Below, piece by piece: positions 56,697 to 64,000 of a stretch of 64,000 bases of DNA (position 1 is the stretch's first letter; each line of letters opens with the position of its first letter). The translations under genes and the position numbers were made by a program. The stretch lies in the NCBI GenBank assembly GCA_937930175.1, contig CALGLP010000023.1, positions 100,872 through 164,871 of the forward strand, written 5' to 3'. The notes beneath the pieces were generated by a model that saw only the letters and a list, made by a program, of their open reading frames with translations, was not told the DNA's origin and ran no database searches. Source of the DNA: an uncultured bacterium (GTDB lineage Bacteria; Omnitrophota; Gorgyraeia; Zapsychrales; Aceulaceae).

Positions 56697-57275
56697 ATGA
56701 AAATACATCATCCTACTTGTAGTTGCGGACACGCTCACAAAATCCAATATCGATTATGGCACAAGTGGTTATTTGTCCTTTATGTTGTCGTCATAAGTTT
56801 CATCGCGATGAAGCCGTTGATCATCCGACAGCTTTCTACTCGTGCGTCTTCCTACATGACGTGCGCATTGTATCATGACGCGATACGTATTTATAAGAAG
56901 GCGATTCTTTTTGATAGGAAGAATGCTGTTCTCTGGGAAGATCTTGGATATGCGTATCAGGTCAGTGGAGATATCGAAAAGGCTAGCCAGGCTTATCGTG
57001 ATGCTCTTAGGGCTGATCCTAAAAGTAAAAGTGCTTACCTGAGCTTGGGAGCGATTTTCATGGCGCAAGAGCGATACAGGGAAGCCGTCTTGTGTTTTGA
57101 GTCAATACGACTGCTGGGGCCGGAAAACAAAAAAGATTTAGAGGTCAACGTTCTTGCCTATCATCGATCCGCCCTTCAGATGCTAGTTAAGTGTTATGAC
57201 GTCTTGGGTGAAGACCAGAAGAAAGAAGATGTTTTAAAAGACTTTAGGCGTTATTATCCAGAGAGTAACTTTTAA
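56697..57275 (+). CDS. TPR-repeat protein with N-terminal Cys/His cluster and one TM segment
   Basis: N-terminus HHPTCSCGHAH. TM WLFVLYVVVISFIAM. TPR repeats AVLWEDLGYAYQVSGDIEKASQAYRDAL. Confidence 0.45.
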   Translation: MKIHHPTCSCGHAHKIQYRLWHKWLFVLYVVVISFIAMKPLIIRQLSTRASSYMTCALYHDAIRIYKKAILFDRKNAVLWEDLGYAYQVSGDIEKASQAYRDALRADPKSKSAYLSLGAIFMAQERYREAVLCFESIRLLGPENKKDLEVNVLAYHRSALQMLVKCYDVLGEDQKKEDVLKDFRRYYPESNF

Positions 57276-57896
57276 GTGATCAAGCTGATGGCTAAGGATT
57301 TCTTTCTGATGAGAAATAAAATGATCCGTTTTGTGAAATATGTGATCGTCGTGATGGTTGTCTTTTTCTTGGCGAGTAAGAAGCTGCTCCCGGTGCGACC
57401 GCTCCCATTTGTCAATTTTACCCGTGCAGCCTTTGCGGAAATTCCTGATGATAAGAAAGTATATTCATTAGACATAAGCAAGCTTGAGAAGATCCAGAAC
57501 GAGTTGACGCGGGAGGGAGATGATATCACTGGGTTTCCTATTGATATTTTGGCGCTGCATGGCAAGAAAGTAAAAATTACAGGATATCTTTTGATACCTT
57601 ATGACGCTTATCTTGCTGACGGCAAGTCTCTTGACAGCTTTGCCGTTGGAAAGAATGCTTATGGATGCCCATGCTGTGATTGGGGCAATAGCCCGCCGCC
57701 AACGATATTTAATACAGTTTTTGTTAAGACAAAAGAAGGGGAGAAGCTAAGCCCGCCTTTTAAGCCCTTAGTTGAGGTCACGGGAATATTTTCCGCTCAC
57801 CGAGAATATTTTGTGGACGAGGACGGCGTTAAGCAACTCTCCGGATTGTTTTTCATTCAAGACGCAGAAGCTACGACTAGAAACAAATGGTTCTAG
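57276..57896 (+). CDS. Membrane-anchored hypothetical protein with CPCC motif
   Basis: N-terminal TM (FVKYVIVVMVVFFLA). Motif YGCPCCDWG. Confidence 0.4.
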   Translation: MIKLMAKDFFLMRNKMIRFVKYVIVVMVVFFLASKKLLPVRPLPFVNFTRAAFAEIPDDKKVYSLDISKLEKIQNELTREGDDITGFPIDILALHGKKVKITGYLLIPYDAYLADGKSLDSFAVGKNAYGCPCCDWGNSPPPTIFNTVFVKTKEGEKLSPPFKPLVEVTGIFSAHREYFVDEDGVKQLSGLFFIQDAEATTRNKWF

Positions 57897-57967
57897 CACT
57901 TCTTTAAAGTTGCCTTCCTATCTTGCTTTCAAAATAATTATTGACAAATCCTGCTTGGTGATTATAC

Positions 57968-57990
57968 TTGATAATGAAAATCATTTCCAT
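57968..57990. promoter_or_regulatory. Fur box-like site (ttGATAATGAAAATCATTtcc) upstream of fur-family gene 2
   Basis: Matches 15 of 19 positions of the classical GATAATGATAATCATTATC Fur box. It lies 15 nt upstream of the ATG at 58005. Confidence 0.5.
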
Positions 57991-58004
57991 AAAGGAGAAT
58001 TCTA

Positions 58005-58478
58005 ATGTCAAGGGGTAATTGTCAGGGACAGGGTTGGTGGCATGGGAAGTTCAGGGGTTGCGGGTATCGGCTCACTCTAGGTCGCGAGGCGATCCTTGAT
58101 GTTTTGTCTAAAACGGATGATCATTTAAGCGCTGAGGATATCTATATGAAGATCCATCCCAAGCATCCGGGGGTAGGGTTAACAACGATTTATCGCACCT
58201 TGGATGTATTATCAAATCTTGGGATGGTTTACAAGCTTGATTTTGGAGACGGGAGAGCCCGTTATGAATTTGCTGAGGGACCTAAGGGTGCGCATCATCA
58301 TCACCACTTGGTCTGCACGGAATGTGGGAGAGTTGTTGAATATACTGATTTTATAGATGAAGAAATGGAGCTTCTTAAGCAAACTGAGGATGGGCTTTCT
58401 AAAAAGTATCATTTTAAGATTACGAATCATCTCATACAGTTTTATGGTTTATGTCAAGAATGTAACGGCAAGAAATAA
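58005..58478 (+). CDS. Fur-family transcriptional regulator, second copy (possibly PerR-like)
   Basis: Helix region LSAEDIYMKIHPKHPGVGLTTIYRTLDVLSNLGMVY. HHHHH and CTECG...CQEC metal sites. Confidence 0.8.
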   Translation: MSRGNCQGQGWWHGKFRGCGYRLTLGREAILDVLSKTDDHLSAEDIYMKIHPKHPGVGLTTIYRTLDVLSNLGMVYKLDFGDGRARYEFAEGPKGAHHHHHLVCTECGRVVEYTDFIDEEMELLKQTEDGLSKKYHFKITNHLIQFYGLCQECNGKK

Positions 58479-58501
58479 TTAATTTTTTTTTCATTCTTAG
58501 T

Positions 58502-58514
58502 GAAAATGATTTCC
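58502..58514. promoter_or_regulatory. Fur-box-like half-palindrome (GAAAATGATTTCC) upstream of the DUF5320 gene
   Basis: Shares the core AAATSATTT with the other three sites. Confidence 0.4.
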
Positions 58515-58539
58515 AATAAAAAGAAAGGAGACGATTGCA

Positions 58540-58875
58540 ATGCCAAATAAAGACGGAACAGGCCCTATGGGGCAAGGTGCGATGACGGGAAGAGGAAATG
58601 GGTATTGTGTTGTACCGCTTAATAGAGAAAATGGTAGGATTTTTGATGGAGGTGGTTTTTATGGCAGAGGTGGAGGGAGGGGAAGGCGTAATTGTTTTTA
58701 CGCGACTAATCTTCCGGGATGGATGAGGGGTCAAGGAGGCGGGCAGGCGTTTGGCGGCTTTGGAAGAGTAATGTCCAAGGAAGATGAGCTAGCGGCCCTT
58801 AAAAATAAAGTTGTTTATCTTAAAGAGGAGCTTGAAGCTGTTCAGGGGCGTGTTCAGGTCTTAGAAAGTAAATAA
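58540..58875 (+). CDS. DUF5320-like Gly-rich small protein with C-terminal coiled-coil
   Basis: N-terminus MPNKDGTGPMGQGAMTGRGNGYC. C-terminal coiled-coil (ELAALKNKVVYLKEELEAVQGRVQVLE). Confidence 0.55.
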   Translation: MPNKDGTGPMGQGAMTGRGNGYCVVPLNRENGRIFDGGGFYGRGGGRGRRNCFYATNLPGWMRGQGGGQAFGGFGRVMSKEDELAALKNKVVYLKEELEAVQGRVQVLESK

Positions 58876-58921
58876 AAAGAAAGAAAATAGTTATTATAGC
58901 GTTTCACTAAAAAAGGAGTTT

Positions 58922-59305
58922 GTGCTTATGAGAGTCGGAGTCGTACTAGAGGATGAGTCGGGTGTGCAGGGCAATGTTTGTGCACATTTTGGTCAGTGTA
59001 AGTTTTTTTTCTTAGCGGATATTGACAAGGAAAAGAAGAAAATTATTAGTACGCGTATTGTGCCTAATACTGTTTCTCACGGGGGAGGCGGATGCGTCGC
59101 TGTTGATGAGATATTAAAGCATAAGGTTACTCATGTCATTGCCGGAGGAATGGGTGGTGGCGCTCAGCAGAAGTTTGCGCAAGCAGGCGTGCAGGTGTTT
59201 GGTTATTCTGGCAATGTGCAGAAAGCCTTGGATGATTTTATGAATAACACGTTGGGCGGCCTTAATGCGTGTAAAGATCACGGCCATGCCGGAGAATGTC
59301 ATTAA
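58922..59305 (+). CDS. Dinitrogenase FeMo-cofactor-binding family (Nitro_FeMo-Co; NifB C-terminal / NifX-like) small protein
   Basis: Family pattern VCAHFGQCKFFFLADID ... THVIAGGMGGGAQQKFAQAGVQV. Confidence 0.6.
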   Translation: MLMRVGVVLEDESGVQGNVCAHFGQCKFFFLADIDKEKKKIISTRIVPNTVSHGGGGCVAVDEILKHKVTHVIAGGMGGGAQQKFAQAGVQVFGYSGNVQKALDDFMNNTLGGLNACKDHGHAGECH

Positions 59306-59322
59306 GCAAAGGAGATGCCAAA

Positions 59323-60015
59323 ATGGAAAATGTAACGGACGCTGTAAATCGAATTCCGCTCATTGGCGAAAAAGCTCCAGCCTTTGAAGCAGATACGACT
59401 CAGGGTAAAATTAAGTTTCCTGATGATTATAAAGGAAAATGGGTGATTTTATTTAGCCATCCGGCAGACTTTACCCCGGTGTGCACCACGGAGTTTATGA
59501 CGTTTGCGGCCATGGAAAAAGAATTTGAAGCTCTCAATTGTAAGCTTATTGGCTTGTCTATTGATAGCCATTATAGCCATATCGCATGGTTAAGAACAAT
59601 CAAGGAAAAGATTGAATATAAGGGCATGAAGAACGTTGAGATAAAGTTTCCGGTTATCGCGGATGTTAAAATGGATGTTGCTCATAAGTTTGGGATGGTT
59701 CAGCCTGCCGCTAGTGATATTAGTCCGGTCCGCGCTGTGTTTTTTATGGATCCGGAGGCTAAGGTCAGGGCGATGGTTTTTTATCCATCATCGATGGGGC
59801 GAAATTTTCAGGAAATCAAGCGCATGATCATCGCGATGCAGACTGCGGATACCTATAAAGTGGCGACTCCCGCTGATTGGCAACCCGGCGATGATGTGAT
59901 TGTGCCACCTCCGGGAAGTTGCGGCATGGCTAAGGATAGGGTTGATAATGCTCAAAAAGAAGGTATTAAATGTCTTGATTGGTTTATGTGCTTAAAGCCG
60001 CTTAAGCTTAAGTAA
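59323..60015 (+). CDS. Peroxiredoxin (AhpC/TSA family, Prx6-like 1-Cys type)
   Basis: Peroxidatic Cys motif FTPVCTTEF. Motif HIAWLRT. RBS aaaggaga before the ATG at 59323. Confidence 0.85.
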   Translation: MENVTDAVNRIPLIGEKAPAFEADTTQGKIKFPDDYKGKWVILFSHPADFTPVCTTEFMTFAAMEKEFEALNCKLIGLSIDSHYSHIAWLRTIKEKIEYKGMKNVEIKFPVIADVKMDVAHKFGMVQPAASDISPVRAVFFMDPEAKVRAMVFYPSSMGRNFQEIKRMIIAMQTADTYKVATPADWQPGDDVIVPPPGSCGMAKDRVDNAQKEGIKCLDWFMCLKPLKLK

Positions 60016-60035
60016 TGTGAGGAAGGAAGGGTGTT

Positions 60036-60413
60036 ATGAAAATATGTATTACGTCGGAAGGGAAAACGTTGGATTCCAAGGTCGATCCTCGCTTCGGCCG
60101 GTGTCAGTATTTCATTTTTTTTGATATGGATGCCGGTTCTTTTGAAGTTCAAGAGAACACTAGCGCTCAGTTTCAAGGAGGAGCCGGTATTCAATCAGGC
60201 CAGTTTGTCGTATCCAAAGGTGTCCAAGCCGTGCTTACGGGAAATGTTGGGCCTAACGCGCATCAGGTGTTATCGGCCGCAGGGATTAGTATAATGACCG
60301 GAGTTTCTGGAACGGTAAAAGATGTTATTGCAGCGTATAAAAAAGGAGAACTGAAGGCGGCTTCCGGTCCAAGCGTCGGTTCGCATTTTGGTATGCCCAG
60401 CAAGAATAAATAG
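60036..60413 (+). CDS. Second Nitro_FeMo-Co family small protein
   Basis: DPRFGRCQYFIFFDMD ... VQAVLTGNVGPNAHQVLSAAGISI. Confidence 0.6.
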   Translation: MKICITSEGKTLDSKVDPRFGRCQYFIFFDMDAGSFEVQENTSAQFQGGAGIQSGQFVVSKGVQAVLTGNVGPNAHQVLSAAGISIMTGVSGTVKDVIAAYKKGELKAASGPSVGSHFGMPSKNK

Positions 60414-60423
60414 GAGGTGTAGG

Positions 60424-60594
60424 ATGCCTTATGGTCAAGGTTGTGGAAAAATGAATGGAAATCGTCAGGGTTCTGGGCCTGGGGGAAATTGTGTTTGCCC
60501 AAAATGCGGGGAACGCATTTCGCATCAGCAGGGAGTACCTTGTTATGAAGTGAATTGCCCTAAATGTGGGACAAAAATGGTCCGAGAGCAATAA
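60424..60594 (+). CDS. Gly-rich small zinc-ribbon protein (two CPKCG motifs)
   Basis: MPYGQGCGKMNGNRQGSGPGGNCVCPKCGERISHQQGVPCYEVNCPKCGTKMV. The Gly-rich N-terminus resembles the DUF5320 protein. The start at 60424 has RBS taggaggtg. Confidence 0.5.
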   Translation: MPYGQGCGKMNGNRQGSGPGGNCVCPKCGERISHQQGVPCYEVNCPKCGTKMVREQ

Positions 60595-61207
60595 CGTGGA
60601 TAAAGAAATTCTAGAAAATTTTGAGCGATATTTAGAGCGCAAAGCTCTCTATAAAAGTTTTGGCTACGACGTAGATCAGGAGAGGGGATTTGTTCTTGAG
60701 CAAGCTAAGCCACTTATGGGGAAGATCCTTGAGGCTGGAACAGGAAAGGGACATTTTGCGCTTGCTTTGGCTAAGGCCGGGTATTCGTTTGTGACTTTTG
60801 ATATCTCAGCGCAGGAGCAGCATTTCGCAAGATTAAATATCGCGCATTTTGGTTTTGAAAAACAGGTTGACTTTAAAATTGAAAATGGCGAGCACACAAG
60901 TTTTATTAGCGGTAGTTTTGATGTTATTTTTTCGGTTAATGTTCTTCATCATCTGCATCATCCTTATATGGTTCTTGATGAGTTCATCCGAATACTTTCT
61001 CCAGCTGGAAAAATAGTTTTAGCTGATTTTACTGAAAAAGGATTTCGTATGATGGAAAAGATTCACGCTTCTGAGGGCAATGCCCATGAGGTGGGGAGCG
61101 TGGCACTGGATGATGTCAAAAAATATTTTTTAGAAAAACATTTTATTGTCAACGAAGCGCAGACTGATTATCAACGTGTTATTGTTGCCTCCCAAGGAAG
61201 TGCTTAG
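60566..61207 (+). CDS. Class I SAM-dependent methyltransferase
   Basis: Motif I ILEAGTGKGHFALALAKAGY. Acidic post-I FDIS. The true start may be the GTG at 60596, directly after the upstream stop. Confidence 0.7.
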   Translation: MGQKWSESNNVDKEILENFERYLERKALYKSFGYDVDQERGFVLEQAKPLMGKILEAGTGKGHFALALAKAGYSFVTFDISAQEQHFARLNIAHFGFEKQVDFKIENGEHTSFISGSFDVIFSVNVLHHLHHPYMVLDEFIRILSPAGKIVLADFTEKGFRMMEKIHASEGNAHEVGSVALDDVKKYFLEKHFIVNEAQTDYQRVIVASQGSA

Positions 61208-61210
61208 AGC

Positions 61211-62065
61211 ATGATCATTTCAGTGGCAAGCGGAAAAGGCGGTACAGGAAAGACAACGATTGCGGTCAATTTGGCGTTATCTCTTGGCAGCGTTCAATTT
61301 CTTGATTGTGATGTTGAAGAGCCTAACGCGCAGATATTCTTGAAAGCGCGTATAACCGGCGATAAGAAAGCCTTTGTTCTTGTGCCTAAGGTCGACGAAG
61401 ATAAATGCATTTATTGCGGTCAATGTCGCGAGGTTTGCGCTTATAACGCTATTGCTGTTTTGCCTGGAAGTGGCGGGGCAAAGGGAAAGATTCTTGTTTT
61501 TCCTTATCTTTGTCACGGATGCGGCGCGTGCAGCTTGTTTTGTCCTCAAGGAGCAATAAAGGAAGTTCACAAGGAGATCGGCCTGATCGAAGTTGGTGAT
61601 AAAGACGAAATACAGTTTGTCCACGGCCGCCTTAATATCGGCGAGACCATGTCGCCGCCGCTGATCCGACAGGTTAAAGAATATATCAATCCTACAAGGA
61701 CGGTTATTATTGACGCGCCACCAGGAACATCGTGTCCGGTTATTACAGCCGTGAAGGGAAGTGATTTTTGTATCTTGGTCACGGAGCCGACACCTTTTGG
61801 GTTGAACGATCTTATCCTGGCGGTTGAGGTTTTAAAGAAAATAGAGATACCTTTTGGCGTTATTATTAATCGCGCGGACATCGGTGACCATGGTGTTGAA
61901 CTATATTGTCAAGAAAATAATATTCCGATTTTGATGCGCATCCCTTTTGACCGAGAGATCGCTAAATTATATTCAAACGGTACGCCATTGATCGTCAAAA
62001 AACCGGAGTATATCGCGCAGTTTAAAGATATGTTTAATCTGATCACAAAAGGGTTATCGGCATGA
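61211..62065 (+). CDS. MinD/ParA-superfamily P-loop ATPase with inserted 2x[4Fe-4S] ferredoxin domain
   Basis: Deviant Walker A SGKGGTGKTT. Ferredoxin Cys clusters CIYCGQCREVCAYNAI and CHGCGACSLFCPQGAI. Confidence 0.75.
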   Translation: MIISVASGKGGTGKTTIAVNLALSLGSVQFLDCDVEEPNAQIFLKARITGDKKAFVLVPKVDEDKCIYCGQCREVCAYNAIAVLPGSGGAKGKILVFPYLCHGCGACSLFCPQGAIKEVHKEIGLIEVGDKDEIQFVHGRLNIGETMSPPLIRQVKEYINPTRTVIIDAPPGTSCPVITAVKGSDFCILVTEPTPFGLNDLILAVEVLKKIEIPFGVIINRADIGDHGVELYCQENNIPILMRIPFDREIAKLYSNGTPLIVKKPEYIAQFKDMFNLITKGLSA

Positions 62066-62517
62066 GACTTGTTCCCATCGGCGTCATTCACACCCCGTTT
62101 AAATGTAAAAAAGAAACGCCTATCCAGCCGTTTAAATCAAAAGCAGTCGGCACTGTTGAAGTCTTTAGCAAGTACGCAGAAGGCTTAAGCGATGTTGAAG
62201 GTTTTTCGCATGTGCTGCTGGTTTACCGATTTCATAAGTCAAAAGGATATAAGTTAAAAACGAGGCCATTTCTTGATAAATGTGAGAGAGGTATTTTTTC
62301 ATGTCGCTATCCTCGCAGGCCAAATCAGATCGGGATCAGTGTTGTTAAATTATTGCGCAGGGATAAGAATATTTTAACCGTTAAGCAAGTCGACATGCTA
62401 GACGGGACACCTCTTTTAGATATCAAATCTTACAATCCGCACTTTGATCCTAAAAAGGGGATTAAGGTTGGCTGGTATAAGAATGTCATGAAAGCTATTC
62501 CTCACAAGGAGATATAA
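62062..62517 (+). CDS. TsaA/YaeB-family SAM-dependent methyltransferase (UPF0066)
   Basis: N-terminal IGVIHTPF motif. The ~150-aa size fits. Its start overlaps the upstream stop (ATGA). Confidence 0.7.
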   Translation: MRLVPIGVIHTPFKCKKETPIQPFKSKAVGTVEVFSKYAEGLSDVEGFSHVLLVYRFHKSKGYKLKTRPFLDKCERGIFSCRYPRRPNQIGISVVKLLRRDKNILTVKQVDMLDGTPLLDIKSYNPHFDPKKGIKVGWYKNVMKAIPHKEI

Positions 62518-62521
62518 TTTT

Positions 62522-63303
62522 ATGCTTGAAGGTGCCATTTTGTTGGCAAGCGCGATTGTTGCGGGGATTTTAGGCGGACTTCTGGGGATAGGCGGGGCGT
62601 GATTATCATGCCAGTCCTGTGTTTTGTCTTTGACGTATCAACACCATTTGCGGCAGGAACAACAGCGCTGGCAGTTTTCTTTACGACCTTAAGCGGCGGA
62701 TACAAACATATTAGATTAGGGCATGTCGATATAAAATCGTTGGCGCCTATCATGATCGCAGGTGCCATATCGACAGCATTTTTTTCTTATCTGTTTATAT
62801 TTATGGCTCAGAAACCTATGTGGCTTGATCTGGGAGTAGGATGTATTTTTCTTTTTATCTCTCTTCGTATGGCTTATGAAGGTATCGTTAGAGGTAAAGA
62901 AGCGCAAGAGGTAAAGGATCAGTCTATAAAAGGCATGTCCACGGTAAAAATATTTATTGGAATCGTCTCAGGTGTACTTCCAGGCCTTTTTGGTATCGGA
63001 ACAGGTGCTGTGCTTGTTCCCGCATTTAATTATTGTCTCAAGAGCCCCATTAAGGTGGCTATTGGTTCTTCACTGGCCTGTTTCGCGGTGAACGCTTTGA
63101 TCAGTTCAGCGTTTAAGTTTTTTCAAGGTTTTGTGTTGTTGGATAAAGCACTTATTCTTTGCGCAGGAACAGTCCTTGGTGCATCTATAGGAGCCAAGCT
63201 GAACAAAGGATTTCCTCCATCATTATTGAAACTTTTGTTTGGCTTAGTATTTTTATATGTTTCTTTTAAGTATATTTTTCTTTTTTGGGGAGTGAAGGTT
63301 TAA
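62522..63303 (+). pseudogene. TSUP (TauE/SafE, DUF81) family membrane transporter disrupted by a -1 frameshift in a G4 run
   Basis: A 26-codon ORF (MLEGAILLASAIVAGILGGLLGIGGA*) carries TM1 and the GxGGG motif. The family continues in another frame from 62599 (VIIMPVLCF...). One extra G in ggcgggg would give the contiguous ...GIGGGVIIMPVL. Confidence 0.5.
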
Positions 63304-64000
63304 TGAAAACGTTGTTAGTCATTAGCGGAAAAGGCGGAACAGGCAAGACCGTTGTTACGGCTTCGTTTGCCGCTTTAGCCAAAAACAAGGTCATGGTCGA
63401 TTGCGACGTCGACGCGGCAGACTTGCATCTTTTGCTTCATCCTGTGATTAAAGAGCGTCATGCATTTAGAAGCGGCCAAAGCGCGGTCATTGATAATTTA
63501 CTTTGTAAGAAATGTGGCAAATGCGCGTCAGTGTGCAGATTTGCAGCCATTAAAGCTGATTATACGGTTGAGCATTTTTCCTGCGAGGGGTGCGGACTTT
63601 GTCGTCGTGTGTGTCCTCAGGGTGCAATACATATGGAAGAAAATGTTGCCGGGGAGTGGTTTGTCTCGGAGATAAAGCATGGCCCTTTTGTGCATGCCAA
63701 GCTTGGTATCGCCCAGGAGAATTCAGGTAAGCTCGTGGCAAAGATCAGACAGGTTGCCAAAGAATTGGCCGAGCAACAAGCCCTTGATTATGTCATTATC
63801 GACGGGCCGCCGGGCATAGGATGTCCGGTGATCGCCTCGCTCTCAGGCGTTGATTGCGCTCTGATCGTGACGGAGCCAACGCTTTCGGGCTTGCATGACG
63901 CCAAGCGTGTGGTAGAAGTTGCAAAGCATTTTAATATTCCAGCCAAGCTTGTCATCAATAAATATGATTTAAATTTAACAATGACGGGGATGATCGAGGA
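63303..64000 (+). CDS. Second MinD-type P-loop ATPase with 2x[4Fe-4S] ferredoxin insert. 3' partial; it continues beyond the window.
   Basis: SGKGGTGKT Walker A. CKKCGKCASVCRFAAI and CEGCGLCRRVCPQGAI. The frame is open to nt 64000. Confidence 0.75.
   Translation, partial: MKTLLVISGKGGTGKTVVTASFAALAKNKVMVDCDVDAADLHLLLHPVIKERHAFRSGQSAVIDNLLCKKCGKCASVCRFAAIKADYTVEHFSCEGCGLCRRVCPQGAIHMEENVAGEWFVSEIKHGPFVHAKLGIAQENSGKLVAKIRQVAKELAEQQALDYVIIDGPPGIGCPVIASLSGVDCALIVTEPTLSGLHDAKRVVEVAKHFNIPAKLVINKYDLNLTMTGMIE

Overview
This 64-kb window looks like a chromosomal segment from a diderm bacterium, possibly a candidate-phylum lineage (inference only). GC is moderate to low, and the proteome is rich in TPR, AsmA-like and type II secretion (T2SS) proteins. 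Nearly all genes lie on the + strand. Main blocks, in order:

- **1–19.6 kb:** a complete T2SS / type IV pilus-like locus in the order gspE (5' partial), F, G, H, I, J, K, L, M. A 2499-aa giant ORF follows gspM, then exeA/gspA, a gspB-like gene, secretin gspD and an amidase lipoprotein.
- **19.6–25 kb:** housekeeping genes murI, queD-queC-queE-queF, rph and rdgB.
- **25–33 kb:** a convergent AsmA-like gene, tRNA-Pro, TPR membrane proteins, and tRNA-Arg and tRNA-His flanking a single hypothetical gene, with a repeat-rich spacer upstream of tRNA-Arg.
- **33–36 kb:** an SLC12-type cation-chloride cotransporter with an RCK_C partner.
- **35.9–36.65 kb:** an approximately 780-bp AT-rich non-coding stretch containing two orphan intrinsic terminators.
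- **36.65–42.4 kb:** a murein-peptide recycling cluster (enolase-superfamily epimerase, M15 peptidase, DAACS symporter, DUF819-like protein, NlpC/P60).
- **42.5–53 kb:** OmpA-LysM, mscL, a zinc-ribbon small protein, a flavodoxin/ferredoxin, a CorA-like transporter, GTP-dependent PEP carboxykinase (PEPCK) and an ABC-F ATPase.
- **53–64 kb:** a metal/redox locus with two Fur-family regulators, a His/Cys-rich membrane protein, a CcdA-like protein, a DUF5320 peptide, two Nitro_FeMo-Co (NifB/NifX-like) proteins, a peroxiredoxin, two MinD-type 4Fe-4S ATPases, a TsaA-like methyltransferase and a TauE gene frameshifted in a G-run. Four promoters in this locus share a Fur-box-like operator.

The most unusual element is the giant ORF inside the T2SS locus. 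It has an N-terminal hydrophobic region and an internal signal-peptide-like segment. It carries a clan-CD (CHAT/caspase-like) His-Cys dyad, a DxDxDG calcium-binding loop and a CheR-like Rossmann methyltransferase region near the C-terminus. Its sequence appears AT-rich relative to the flanks. All domain calls were made by eye from motifs, without database searches.
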